Of a stretch of DNA of 64,000 bases, positions 23,626 through 36,972 are shown piece by piece. The stretch covers positions 10,230,001-10,294,000 of the forward strand of contig JBHGNT010000007.1 in the NCBI GenBank assembly GCA_043228905.1. The letters are read 5' to 3'. The notes beneath the pieces are model-generated. The model was not told where the DNA came from. It saw only the letters and a program-made list of their open reading frames with translations, and did no database searches. The number at the start of each line of letters is the position of its first letter. The first letter of the stretch is position 1. The position numbers and the translations under genes were made by a program. Source of the stretch: Azolla caroliniana (taxonomy: Eukaryota; Plantae; Polypodiophyta).

Positions 23626-26600
23626 ATCAAATCCTTACAATGTTTACAGGAATTTTTAATCCAATTGACACACGAATTCAAGAATTCTTCAAAATCGAAG
23701 CCTTACAACATTTACGGGATTTTAAAATACAATTGAGTTCACATAAAGTTGGTAGATTTAGGAACAGAGAGTTTGATATGTCACCACAACTATATTTATG
23801 TTTAAAACAAAAACCTATTCAAGACATTCTCCCATGAGAGTTTTGAAGGTTTACTCCCTCTTAAACCATGAATTGTTAATAGCTCACCAACACCACCACC
23901 AAAAAGGGCCGAGTGAGGTGAAGTTAAGGCATCGTGGACATGGTGTATGTAGTAGCTCAGAGAGTTTTTTTGCTCTCAATTAAGAAAGGTGTGCTCATAT
24001 TATTGAATAGAAACAACAAGTTTTACTATTCGACTATTTTACCCCTTCCAAACCTTTATATTTATGATGTAAGGCATAATAAACCTTTCTTTTTATATGT
24101 GCACCATGTATGTGTATCTTTACTTAGTGGACAACGAACACAAGTCTGACACTTTGATTGCATGAAAGAACAAATAGTTATAGATGTCTGAGATTCTATC
24201 TTTTTGTAGCTATGGGACCTTCAGTACACCATCTTGCCCTTTTGGCAAAAACATGCCAATCAATGAGATTTTTGACATACAACTTCTTGCCCTTTCGGCA
24301 AAAACATGCCAATCTATTAGAAGAACTTGAGCTTATTAGCATAATACCTTAGAATCTCACCCGCCTAGCATTTACATGGTTTATTTTGTATTAGTGTGTG
24401 AAGTTTTTACTTCAAAATGGATCATGTGAATGGAGGAGATTAATGATGCACAACGAGCACATATCTAGTTCACCGGTAATAGTATCTTAAAATCACACTA
24501 AGCACCATTGTTGAGAAAGACCAGCTTAGGTTGATTTATCATCCAAGTCGTGTTCTATGCACGATAAAAAGAGTTGGATAAGAATAAATTGGTCAAACCT
24601 CACCTTTCCTTGATTGATGTAAGAAGAAGCTGTCATTGTCCTAGTTTCAGATTCGAAAACTATGTCCAACTCTTTATACTCTGTAACCCAACATCAATGT
24701 AACATGTAACGGTTCCATGTTTTTAGAATTAATCGAAGCCACATAGCTCCATATGAGGCCTGGCTCTTGTACATATGATACCTCCTGTATTTCTTCCTAA
24801 CTAATGGGCAACGATTTTTTTTGGGAAAAAAATGTAACAAGTAACGGCTCTTTCAAAACATAATTTAGCATTTACACATTGTGAATGGCAAATGTGGGTT
24901 GAAATTGATGGAGTTACTCTCGAATAATATATATGTAAACACAGTAATTTAAAAATGTACTCTATGAGAATATTTGCCTTTATAGATTCGATTTTTTAGA
25001 CTGTCTCTAGGTGTCCAATTACATATGGAAAATTTCTTCCGTATCAAGTCATGTGAAGCAGTTGTGCCTACCACATGTACATAGTCTTTTTTATTTATTT
25101 TTAACCAAAAAAAAACATAGCCGTATTCATATCTTCAAGGCAAAACAACAAAGAGGCCACATTGTCGATTGCAATTATGAATCATCTAGCTTTCATGTTT
25201 GTGAAAAGTAGACTACTACACGATAGAGACAAGTGATCAAATTCCAAATGGTTTGCTTATGAGGTCCATTTAATTTTATTCTCTTATTGATGTAATTCAC
25301 GAGAAGAAAGATAGGATACCAATATGACATTGTGCGAAAGGTGAGGTGTCACAAATACATGATGTGCCTAAGGGATAAATTTAAGACAATATGTTGCTTG
25401 ATAATGAATGTGACAATGATGTTTATATATTATTTTTGGGGTTTTGTGGTCTTGATATTTCGTGTATGTCATTGAGTTTACATAACCTCTTATACGAGGG
25501 TAATTACCCCTTGCTCATATTAGAGTTAATACCAATTCTACCACCGCTAATTCTTGAAAGATCAAGTCTATGTTAACCCAAATCTCTTTCACACAACTTG
25601 TCGGGCCAACGTACTATATTGTACTTTATGCCCCTTGATATCTGCATGCTTAGAATATATAGGTATTTTTAAATATCCCTCGCATCATCAATTCTATCCT
25701 AGTCTCTATGTTGTCTATGTCGTAATTGTTTACAAATTACACACCTCTTTGTCTATCTACTTCACAAATTTAGGAATACGATGAACTTAGACATTATATC
25801 TTGACACTATATTTTGTATCATAATTTGATGTTCATTTCATACTTCTTTACCAAAGTCTCCACATCTCTCATTCAATAAAAAAATTACCGCTCTCTACAA
25901 CCAAAATTTACACATCATTTTCTCGAGGTACCAAATTTAAAATTTGAACATTGATATTGTATCTTGAACATGCCTTTTTTTGTTGGATCATAAATTTGGC
26001 ATTGTGCTCTTAAGTTTTTACACAACTTTTATAGAAATCTAAACAATTTTCTTGAGGTAAATTTGAATGCAAGCTTACTGGATAATTTCTTTCATTGTCA
26101 ACGTTTACGGTTATGATTGACAAACACACTCTTTGGTGATGGTATCGGGTACATGATTGACAAACACACCCTTTGGTGATGGTATTGGGTACACTCCTCC
26201 CCATGAGCAAAACTTCTCCAAGATCTTCCCCAATGCCCATTGTTCATGACACATGTAGTAAATTTGTGTTCTTCACATTTCTCAAAAAGACTACTCCTTC
26301 ACATTGTTATCAAAAGTACCCCAACTTGTTGGAACCATTGTTTCCTTTGAATTGAGTCCTTTGAACAAGAAGTAGGTTGTGCTATGTAACTAGGGTTTCA
26401 TTTTACGTACTCATGGTTTAGATTGAATGTATACAGAAGTACAATATATATGTTACAAGAGGCATTTACTAAAGTAGTAGTGCTTTTCACAAAAACTCCA
26501 AAATACCCCTCATGTGGAGTTTCTCCAAATAGCAAATAATAGGGAGGGATATCTTGGTAGATAAATTCCCTTTACACACACGCACACACACACAAATAGA

Positions 26601-29459
26601 TAGGTTAAATTAGACCATTTTGACTTTTTAATATGTGCCAAGTCAGGTGAGAACATATTCCTTTAACACACATCCATCCTGACACAAAAAAAGAGTCGTT
26701 GCCATTTGCAAAGCATTTCAAAAAAATCCAATTCCACAATGTCATCATAATCACTTTTCCACCCACCCCTATTAGCACAAGTGTTTGTCTTCTTCTTGCT
26801 TCGTGTTGTAGTCATACTTCACATTCTGATGCACGTTTTTTCACTTGCGGTTAGATTGATTATTCACATTCTCATTGTATCAGTGGAAACATGCACTTGT
26901 TCTTGCATGAAGATCTATCTTTCGTTTCTCCCCAAAGCTATGTTTATGTACCTTAGTGCATTTGTGTTTTGTTGAGGTTCTAAGCATCCTTGTTTTCTCA
27001 TCTTTCCTTGCATTGGAATTTGTCGCTCTTTTATATCATATATTGTTGGCAAGTGACATAATTTGTCTCTGCCATACCTATATTGCCTTCACACGCATTC
27101 TATCTCCTCCCTTGACAATCAACATAAAAGGGGCACACGTTCTACTCTCTCTTTGAGGGTGCATGCTCCACACAAAATGTTGAGGTCACTTGTATATAGA
27201 GAAGAAAAAGGCGTTGCTTTCTCCACTTGACGTGGATTGATACTTTGAAAGGCGATAGTTCCAATTGGTTAAATACATATTCTTTATGTCCTTGTCGTGA
27301 CTTGTGATCCTCTAAATCAAATTTGAATAAACGAAGTGCCACATAGCTTCTTAAATTTAGCTTGACACATAGGACAAAAACGAATAACTTTACTAAATAA
27401 AATAATGTGTACCATCCAACCATATTAGTAAACAATGTTTCCTTTTAGGTTTCTTTGAATTTCACCTCATTTGTCCTTTAATCATGTCTTTGAATTTTGT
27501 TTTGAGTAGGAAATTGGAATTCATCTTATGATTTTAATTTTTAGTTATGTACCATACATAGCTTTTATTGGTTGTTGAAAGAGGTGTGAGATTGTCAATA
27601 CATATATAAGTGAAGTCAATTTCTTCTAACTTGCCTTAATGAGCTAAATCTTTGTGACGTATCAAGATCAATTGCCCTTCTCCATTCAAGGTTTGCTTCA
27701 CATACATCCAACAAGAACTATCCATTTTCATAAAAAAGCAAATTACTAAAAGCTTGGATTAAGGTGAAATGTGTTGTGATTAAGGTAGGAACTATCGATT
27801 GAGGGACACATTTTGTCAACAAAGACTTTGATTAAAGCGAAAAGGTGGAGTGAGGGATTAAGAAGTCTTCAAATAAAACATGTCATTAAGTTTGCCTCCT
27901 AATGAATTAGATCACATGATTAGGTTACACGATAATCTAGTTATGGCACTTTATTTAGGTTGCCTTAAATAAAAAAACAAATCTCACTTTAAAGCTCCTA
28001 TACATCACCTTCACCTTTTCCCTCTTATTATAGTTGTTTTCTCTCTAGGGATTGACCGCGGGTGGTTTTCATATTATGAAAAATACCGGTGGGAATAATC
28101 GAGATTACCCCACATACTCAAAGTATGAATGGTATTTTCCCTTGTTTTAATGCTCATGCCACGCTTTTTGTTTGCCAAAACTATGGAAATGGATGTGGCA
28201 TTTCATAATAATGTTTTGTTAGAAAGAATTCTATGAATATGCATTTCTGCCCCAACCAAATGAAATGACCTACCCCTTGACAAATTATTAAATGGTAGAA
28301 ATCTAAACATGTCAATATTTGAGCCTAACCCCTTGGTTCAAATCGTTATGTTTTTCTTTGACTAAATTGACATGAAAGGCACACCAAATGTTAAGAACAT
28401 ATTTATTTAGGAGATTGGTGTGCCCACTTCATATGGACCCAATGCTCTATTGAATCCGTGTGCTAAGCATTCCACATGCTTAAAGAAAAGAGAAAGATGA
28501 ATGGCCTTCTACCCTACCCAATGTACTCCAATAAGAATAATCATGGGCATGAATGAAACATGGTCAAAGATAGACATTTCAATGCATGATTCAATTCACG
28601 CATAAATTAGGAAATTGTCATATTCAAATGCCATGTGATTGAAAATAACATGTTATGTAAAGTAGCATAGGGGTGAAGTTCTATCATAAATTTATTAATG
28701 AGTTGGTCTTGCTACCTTGGTTGTTCTATCGAGGAAATGTCTCCTTGACCCACTCGAATAACACATGTGAACATAGATAAATATTCATACTTGTGGTATA
28801 CTCAAAGGGCGCTTGAACCAACAACCCAAACGTTATGTATCAAGCACAAACTCTTACCATTAGACATTCATGTGAAGGATTTTAAACCATGGAGACAAAG
28901 ATTGGTGAATCGGAAATTTACATTCTTTTGTGCCAGTGAGATTGTCAGAGCATTAGAGCAAATATGATCTCACATTCTCTTGTTCTTTGCATTGCTTATG
29001 TTCTCAATCTTTCACCCAGAACAAACTAATTGAGTTTTCTCTTGTTTATTGGAAGTAGAAGTTAAATAAGTTGTGGGTTATATATGTGGAATATCTTTTA
29101 ATGAGATTTGCTCCCTTTGTTTTAGGAGAGTATGGTAATACAATCTCAATGAGATGTGGGGCCTTACATCCAACGTTTGTTGAACTTCACAAAAAGCTAT
29201 TCAAAGGCAACAAAAATGATTTACTCTTCAAATATGTTGGTAATGTCTCATTCTATGCTTGATTGTTGTTTGACAGTTTACATGTGCACAAGTATTGAAT
29301 CTACTAACAAGTGTTAACACTAATGGATCAAGTGCCAAGAAGATCATTATGTGGTTCTAAATGTTAAAACATAAGACATTCCAATTGTTACTTTTTAGGA
29401 TTAGAGAATTTATAATCTTCATATATACCATATTATTATGACTCTCTAACACACATGCA

Positions 29460-29582
29460 AGCAGTGAGTAGTGAGCAGTGAGCAGTGAGCTGTGAGCAAT
29501 GAGCTGTGAGCAATGAATGAGCAGAAGATGGAAATCTCAACACATAAGCGATTGGCGAATGTTATAGTGAGCAATGAGCAAA
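29460..29582. repeat. 7-bp (GCAGTGA/GCAATGA) tandem repeat
   Basis: Seen directly. Confidence 0.75.
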
Positions 29583-30207
29583 AGAGGGAAAAGAGTTGGG
29601 CAAGGGAATTTTAAAAACTGATTTTTTTACAATTTTTTTGAAACTACATAAATAGTTGATTCAAAAAATATGAATTGGCTAGATTTTGGTGTTTTGGAAA
29701 TTCTAGCCAGAATCACTTCTGTTTCTCCCCCGCATTGGCCGACACACTTACATAAATCCAACACTGGTTATGAGAACATCATATTGGCCATTGTTATTTA
29801 TTACACTATATTCTATGGTAGTGCCTTTGATCTTGAAATATGTAGCCTCTATACATAAATCCATCTAATTTCTAATTTCTTTGAAAATCATATGACATGC
29901 TTTCATCGTATGGTATGTGGTATTTCTTCCCGTTCTATCATTATCCTTTTACTCAATTGTTTTATGCGCCTCGAATAATATACTTTATCTCATGCACACG
30001 AGAGAAGGTGCTACATGGTTTCTAAGTTATATAGAGTTGTTTAAAGAGTTTCGAATATGGATTTAATGAGCCCAATTCAAAATAGGGAGTCACCTCATGA
30101 TCTCTTCATATGAATATAAAAAATTTTGTCTAGAATTATGATAATTAGGTGTAAAGAAATAGAGAGTGTAGATGATCTTGTGCAACGGAAGGAATTGTGT
30201 GTGTGTG

Positions 30208-30211
<4 letters not shown>

Positions 30212-30268
<57 letters not shown>
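30212..30268. repeat. (GA)n microsatellite: left half of the split LTR tract
   Basis: Seen directly, preceded by (GT)n and the LTR terminus at 30150. Confidence 0.95.
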
Positions 30269-30272
<4 letters not shown>

Positions 30273-33149
30273 ATTATCGTCTTCGGAGGTAAAATATGAC
30301 CTATGAGACCAAAAAATATTACATTTCACGTGATACGTGTGAAAGTGAGTAATGACTCTCGATGTTCAAGAACTTTACCAATGAATGTTGCAATCGAGAG
30401 TGCACATTGTGGTTGTGAGAGGAATTCATGCAAAGATTGGGCTCGGTCGAAGAGATGTGGAAAGCATGGTCGAATATGATCAAAGGCAGAGCATTGTATC
30501 AAAGTGTGATACTTAGACTCACGAACTTGTTTAGGGAAAAGTGTGCATAGCCAACCACTCTCATCACTTGTGCCCCAACGCCCTGTTTCACATCGCAATG
30601 CATGTGAGGTAAGTCGCATGGAAGCAATGGTTCGAATGGCAGATAACGGTATGGGCTCTAACATGTATCGATGTGTACGATTTCCCCGTTCCTCAAAGAA
30701 TATGGTTTTGTAGTTAGGTGCAACATGTGTAGTATAATGTGTGAAGCGTGAGCCTCCACATTTGTCCCATGTCATGATACATTGGCGTTGCAAGAAGGCA
30801 TCATTTACAGTGGAATCTAATGATGCATCATGAATCAAGTGTCTCGCATCCCATCTGCCAAACCATTTTTCTATATCTTGCATCCAACTTGAACACAAAA
30901 TTTTGCTTTTATGCGTCTTTTGGATCTTTTTGCTTGCTTCCCACACAATTCTAGGAAGTCGATGTGAGGGACTTTTTTGAACCTTAAGCATGTATTCAAC
31001 AACCCTTTCCATGGCCATGATCTCAATGGGAAGTGATCCCGTCTCAAGGAGGAGGAGGGTGTAGGGTGTTTGTTTCTTAATTTGTAGAAACTTTGTAAGA
31101 AAATGTTTTTGGACATTTTCAAACTCTTTCCAAATAGATTTAGGGATGCTACCGCCCCATACTTCCACCCCATAGAGATGAACTGGTGTCACCAAAGTGT
31201 CGAAAAGATATTTCTTGAGGACCCAACGCTTAATATCTCCAAGGTTGCATGTGTTCTCAAATGCATAGCACATTCATTCCATCTATGAATTGAAGGAACT
31301 TCAAGGCCAAGATATTTGAAGCTTTCCACATATTCGAGTGGCTCATTGTTGTACATAATGCATGGTTTATCTCTTTTTTGGCTCTTCACAAGCATAATAT
31401 TTGTTTTAGAGCTATTGACACTTAATTTAGTATGCATGCAAATTTTTTCCAATGCCTTCATAAGCTTTTGTGCATCTCTTAAAGTATTTGCAAAAAGCAC
31501 TACATCATCTGCATATAGCAAAAGCATAATCACAACATTCCCAATGGCAACTTCTTCAACACATTCTTCCTTTGCAAACTTGGTAACCATTTCTTCCAAT
31601 TCATCAATGCATAGAGCAAATAGTGTTGGTGAGAGTGGGCATCCTTGCTTAACACCAATAGTGCTTTTGAAAAAATCTGAAAGTTTATCTCTCATGCGCA
31701 CACAACAGATAACCTTCTCATAAATTCGGGAAATTGCAAGCATATATTCACCTGACAGCTCAAGTTCTTCCATTCACCTCCAAAGATGCTCACGAGGTAC
31801 CATATCAAAAGCTTTCTTGAAGTCTACAAAGCAACAATGTAAACCTTTACCTCTAAGGCGACTTTCCTCCATTAATACTCGAAGGGTGATAAGGTGATCA
31901 CTGGTGCTATGGTGTTTCCGAAAACCAGCTTGTCCATAAGCTCTCTTACCATTTTTTTCAGCCCATACACTTATCTTTGATTCCATTATACATCCAAATA
32001 GTTTTGCCATTAATGGGCCAACCATGATGGTTCGATAGTTGTTTACATTATTTATATCTCCACCTTATGTAAAGGTGGAGATATAAATAACGTAGTCCAA
32101 TCGTATGGCATACCATGTTGCAATGCATCATTAAACATATCGCTTATCCATATATGTGCTTCCTTTCTCGTCCATTTGAGCATTTCAGCCTTTATACATT
32201 GAAGATCGCTTGCCTTTCGAGAGGCCAATTTCTTAAGTCCTATGCATATATCTTCAATTGTAAAGAAGGGAGACATATGTGAAAGAGAACCATAACACAT
32301 CATCTTTCCGGCAAGAGATAACTCATATAAATTCGTACAATGCATAGACAAGTCGTGAAGAGTTAAGTCACCATAACTCTCAACACGTTTCCCCTTTAGA
32401 TTTCCCCAAAATTTAGCACATGCATGTGCTTTCTCTTGCGTTTGGATGAATTGTTGAGTAACTTCCCATATTCTTCTCTTTCTTTGAATAAGTCTTCTAT
32501 ACTCATGCAAATGCTTTTGGTAATTCTCTTTATCCTTAACTACATCCAAAACCATAAGGCACTTTCGAGCTTCACGACATTCTTTATCAAACCATTTTTT
32601 CCTAAGTTTCTTGGCACATTTCCATGATGTGCAGTTGGTCGAAAAACATCTGTTTGTACAAGAGAGAATAACATTCTTAAAAGCTTCCCATTTGCATTCT
32701 AGTGTGGCACCATGTTGTATCTTTGTCATTTGTAACATATCCTCAACCATCTTGGAATACATGGGTGCTCGCTTAAGGTTCATGCTCAAGTGCGGTTGTT
32801 TATTATCTTCAATAGCCTTCTCAAAATCAAACCTATGCATACATTTGAGATCAGTACATAAAGGCATATGATCGGATTCCGGTGTCCATTCACCAAGTGA
32901 GAATTTATGTATACGATCCAAAATACCTTCGGAAAGTAGCACATAGTCAACCACACTATTTCTGTTGTGTCTTCGACATGTAAAACCATTAGTGTTGGGC
33001 CATAAGGAAATACCATTTGCAATAAGCAATCCGGTACTATTGCACATTTGTAGGAGTAACTTCCCAAATTGGTCCGGATCTTTTTCATCACTAGAAGAGA
33101 GACTATACATTTGCATATCCTCTTGCATCCTTGAGATATGAGAGTTGAG

Positions 33150-33153
<4 letters not shown>
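30269..33153 (-). mobile_element. 5'-truncated RTEX/RTE-like non-LTR retrotransposon (APE endonuclease, RT, C-terminal Cys/His motif), degenerate
   Basis: NSVVDYVL..SDH, QAGFR..H, FVDFKKAFD, GVKQGCPLSP, LLYADD, FKYLG, LRCETGRW..C..E..H..C. Short 3' UTR then (TC)n. Confidence 0.85.

Positions 33154-33192
<39 letters not shown>
33154..33192. repeat. (GA)n between the RTEX-like element and LINE A
   Basis: Seen directly. Confidence 0.95.
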
Positions 33193-33195
<3 letters not shown>

Positions 33196-35066
33196 CTCTG
33201 AAACTGTTTCTTATTAGATCCCCGTGACAAGGATGTCCACTAATCCCATTGTTATTTGCTATTGCTACACATCCTTTGTTAGTAACGTTGTCAAATCTTG
33301 CGGCCAGTGGTGATATTGTGGGTTTGCATCTTCCTTTTGGTGGACAATTGGTGGCACTAACATTGGTTGATGATTCTTTTATGTTTTTACAAGCCTCAAA
33401 AGAAAACCTAAAAAGGATATGCAAGTTTGGGATCAATTTCCTTTGGCTTCAGGGTTGTATATAAATTGGAGGAAGTCTCGCCTTATTTCTTGTACCGAGA
33501 GTGATTTGGAATGTTTGGGATGGCAAGGGTCAGTGATTACACGAGGATCAATTTATCGACATTTGGGTTATCCATTGGGTGTTGATGTTACAAATGTTTA
33601 ATTATGACCCTTTTATGTACGACTCAAAGTGGTGCAATGTATCTTGATACCCATGTTATTATATTTTTTGCCTTTACTTCCTTGGACTAAGAAGGCATTA
33701 CAAAACATGTTACAAACTATTCGGTTCATGTTGTGGTCGAAGGGAGAAATGATGGGAGTTGCACAGATTTCATGGGACCATTTGGTTACTCCTAAAAGGT
33801 TAGGTGGTGCCGCAATATTGGATTTGGAAATGCATTTGATGGCTCGTAGATTGGCATTATTACGAGATATATGTCAACAAGATCAACCATGGATATCTAT
33901 GGTGCAATATTTTATTGAGCATGAAGGATTATTGCATGGGAAACCAAAGATTCAAGCATCATGGTGGTCACTACTCAATGAAAGTGTTCCTCTAAAGATT
34001 CGATATTCTGTATGTGGACAACATTCTGTAAGATTGTGGCAAGATGCATTATCTCTTTTTGAAAGGGGACCATCAAGTGATGGAGAATATTGTAATACAT
34101 TACAAAATGAATTGCATGTTTCTTCTCGAGTGTTGTTTTCGCATGGGAAAGACAAGTTGAGATCTCAATTCAATCGTTTATTTCGATTGGGGATTGTACA
34201 TTTGGAAGATGTGGTTGATAATGAACCTCAAAGGTTGTCGGATTTTGAAGATGCCAAGAGATGATTATGTATTCCCCCAAATTATGGATTTATTTGGGAA
34301 AAATTACAAGATATACTATTGTTGCAAGGATCTTTGCCATTGAAAACAAATTTTGCACCTTGGGTAGATTGGCGGTTACAAGATTGTACACGCTTGTTAC
34401 AGGTCACTACAAATATATTGCATCATCATGCGATGACATCATTATCTTGGCTATCTCCTAAAGCAGCGAAGTTGTGGAATGTATGTAAGTCAGATGCAAG
34501 GTGGTGGAAAATATTACAACGTGGTTGACATTCCCATCTACCATTTCGTGCAAAGGTATTCATATGGAGAGTCATGATTGGTGGGCTCCCATTAGGTTTG
34601 GCCTTAAAGAGACGAGGACTAGGGTCTGACACTTGTTTCTTTTGCATCGTTCCATTGGAGGATAGCACACATAGGTTCATTAAATGTCCTATAGTGTGTA
34701 CCATTTGGAAGTACTTATCGGACATTTGGCAAGTTTTAACCCGTTGTTGTTTGAGACCTCAACAATGGGTTTTTTCTCAATATGTTCTAAATGATTCAAA
34801 TGATGAGATGGAGATAGTGTTCCAATTTTTACGTTATTGGGGTCTACAACACAATTGGAATATGCATAATGGTTTCATGTTTGATAATAGACATGGGGTG
34901 AAAGCCTATATAAAGAAGCTGAAAGGTATTCTCATGTAGAATTTTTGGATGTTAGAGCATGTGGGGATCATTTCCTCAAATGCATATTCAGGTTTTTTAA
35001 TGGCATTACAAGACTTCCCTCACTAAGTGGATTTTACATACAATTAATATACTAGTGTGCTTTTAC

Positions 35067-35069
<3 letters not shown>
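33193..35069 (+). mobile_element. L1-type LINE copy A, 5'-truncated inside RT
   Basis: QGCPL.PLLFAI, LVDDSF, HLGYPLG, RLGGAAI, zf-RVT CFFC..EDSTHRFIKC. Closely similar to LINE C at 45630-51600. Confidence 0.9.

Positions 35070-35129
<60 letters not shown>
35070..35129. repeat. (GA)n between LINE A and LINE B
   Basis: Seen directly. Confidence 0.95.
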
Positions 35130-35133
<4 letters not shown>

Positions 35134-35489
35134 GAGGGGAAGAAGAAGCGAAATTGTTTTTATTGCTGCGCTCTCTATCGGTAACGGAATTGAGCATAAA
35201 TATATGCGTTGGAAAGCCCTCGATTAGAGCTTCGTAACAAGATATAATAAGTTAAATTTGGTGGTCTGTGCGAGAAGTAGCGATTAAAATAAGGTCGTGT
35301 GTTGTTGATATCCACATACTCAACACACATTGTGGGTCTTCTATTGTATTCATCATCTCCGACCTCTTTAATCGGGTGAGTTGTGGTTGTCTTTCTTGTT
35401 CATGGAAAATTGTTTTTATCTCGGATCACTATCACATCAAGAATAATGGATATAAACATGAATCCTCTCAGATTGTGGGGGACATCGAT

Positions 35490-36959
35490 ATGGAAACAAT
35501 TGATCCAAAAAAGAGTAATGTGATGGTTGAATGTAATCATGAAAGGGAAGACATTGGAAGCTCTAAGAGGTTTAAGGGCATTGAGGAAATTAATGAGAAA
35601 AAAGCGACATATGCCGAAGTAATACATACAGTAGATAAGGTTGACAAGGATCATTGTAATTGGGATAATTTATGGGGAATTGCCAATACCTTATTGTCTG
35701 ATATTGTGGAAGAAAATGAAAATGCAGCAAAAGAATGCAATGATGAGGATGTGCATGATGTGGATGTTGATGCTAAGGCAGTGTTGCAATCATTTGATGT
35801 ATTCTATGATCGTGCAGTTATATTGTTTTTTATTGGGAAACTCCCATACATTAATTGGATTAAACAATGTTTGAACACAATCGTGTCACCAAATTGTGGT
35901 GAAAATATATATGCAGGACCACGAGGGTTTTATGATGTAGTGTTTCGTTCACTGGAACATCGAAGTACATTGTTGGTTAAAGTTCTGGTGTTTTTTGATA
36001 AACGATTGGTGCATGTAATGCAATGGTCCCCCGTTCTGGACTATCATGCTTTGTTGAAACAAGAATGCCCTGTTTGGGTAACAGTGGATTGTAAGCATGC
36101 TTTTTTATGGCCACTTTTACCAGAGTTGATGAGTCAAATGGGTAAAGTGTTGGTATCTCCACATGCAAATGCTACAAATAAGTGCAGATTTTGTGTGTTA
36201 TGGGATACAAGCCATAAGAGGCCAGGATGGGTGCATATGAACACACATGGAATGAAAAGACTTTGTTTCAAATTGAAGTTGGAGACATTTGCAGGTCACT
36301 GTTTTGGATGTGGTGAATGGGGTCACTTTATGGTAGAATGCCATCGTCATTGTCCTTCAACTATAGAGGTTCCTAATGAAGGGAATGGTAAGGAAGGAGT
36401 TGGGAGAGATGTTGGTGTGTTAGATATGGTGGTTGTTATGGATGAAGGAACATTATCTAGAGCAGACTATAAAGAGGTTTCACTTCAAGGTTTGGGCCTT
36501 AAGAATAAGGGAACTCAATCTATGGATATGGAAAAACAAAATTGGGTGGTTATAGATAAGGGGAAAAAACTGTTGGATAGAACTAGTAATGATGTTGTTG
36601 TTGAAAAAGATTGGCATCAAGTTAAGGGCAAGTCAAAGGGCAAATCAATGAATATGCAACGTAATAGTTTGCCCATTACTCGTGAGACTACTTGGAAAAA
36701 TAATTCAGGAACTAGGGAGGGACCTCAAAAAGGTCCTTGGCAAAGACAATTTAGGGATAAGGGATTACCCCTTCACCTTCAATTTGATTCATTGGTACAG
36801 GTTGTTAATTCATCGAATTTGCGAGGTTTCTGTCAAGCGGGAGAACCTAAACAAAAGAGTTCGATAGAAAACACTAAGGATGTGGTGCATGAAAATCCAT
36901 ATGCAGCATTGGAACATGCTTTGACTAGTTTCATGACATCGGAGCAAGTGCACCCATAA
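35490..36959 (+). CDS. LINE ORF1p (DUF4283-like RRM region plus CCHC zinc knuckle), uninterrupted, ~489 aa from ATG 35490
   Basis: GPRGFYDVVF, VMQWSP, CPVWV, MGKVL, CFGCGEWGHFMVEC; open frame 35268-36959. Confidence 0.8.
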   Translation: METIDPKKSNVMVECNHEREDIGSSKRFKGIEEINEKKATYAEVIHTVDKVDKDHCNWDNLWGIANTLLSDIVEENENAAKECNDEDVHDVDVDAKAVLQSFDVFYDRAVILFFIGKLPYINWIKQCLNTIVSPNCGENIYAGPRGFYDVVFRSLEHRSTLLVKVLVFFDKRLVHVMQWSPVLDYHALLKQECPVWVTVDCKHAFLWPLLPELMSQMGKVLVSPHANATNKCRFCVLWDTSHKRPGWVHMNTHGMKRLCFKLKLETFAGHCFGCGEWGHFMVECHRHCPSTIEVPNEGNGKEGVGRDVGVLDMVVVMDEGTLSRADYKEVSLQGLGLKNKGTQSMDMEKQNWVVIDKGKKLLDRTSNDVVVEKDWHQVKGKSKGKSMNMQRNSLPITRETTWKNNSGTREGPQKGPWQRQFRDKGLPLHLQFDSLVQVVNSSNLRGFCQAGEPKQKSSIENTKDVVHENPYAALEHALTSFMTSEQVHP

Positions 36960-36972
36960 CATTGTTGATTGA

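Noticed and set aside
22700-30100. Scattered short ORFs and possible TE relics
   Set aside because: Too degenerate to assign family or boundaries by eye; no exon chain found.
32052-33436. ORFs running across the (GA)n at 33154, suggesting a fusion protein
   Set aside because: Stop-free microsatellite artificially links two oppositely oriented elements.
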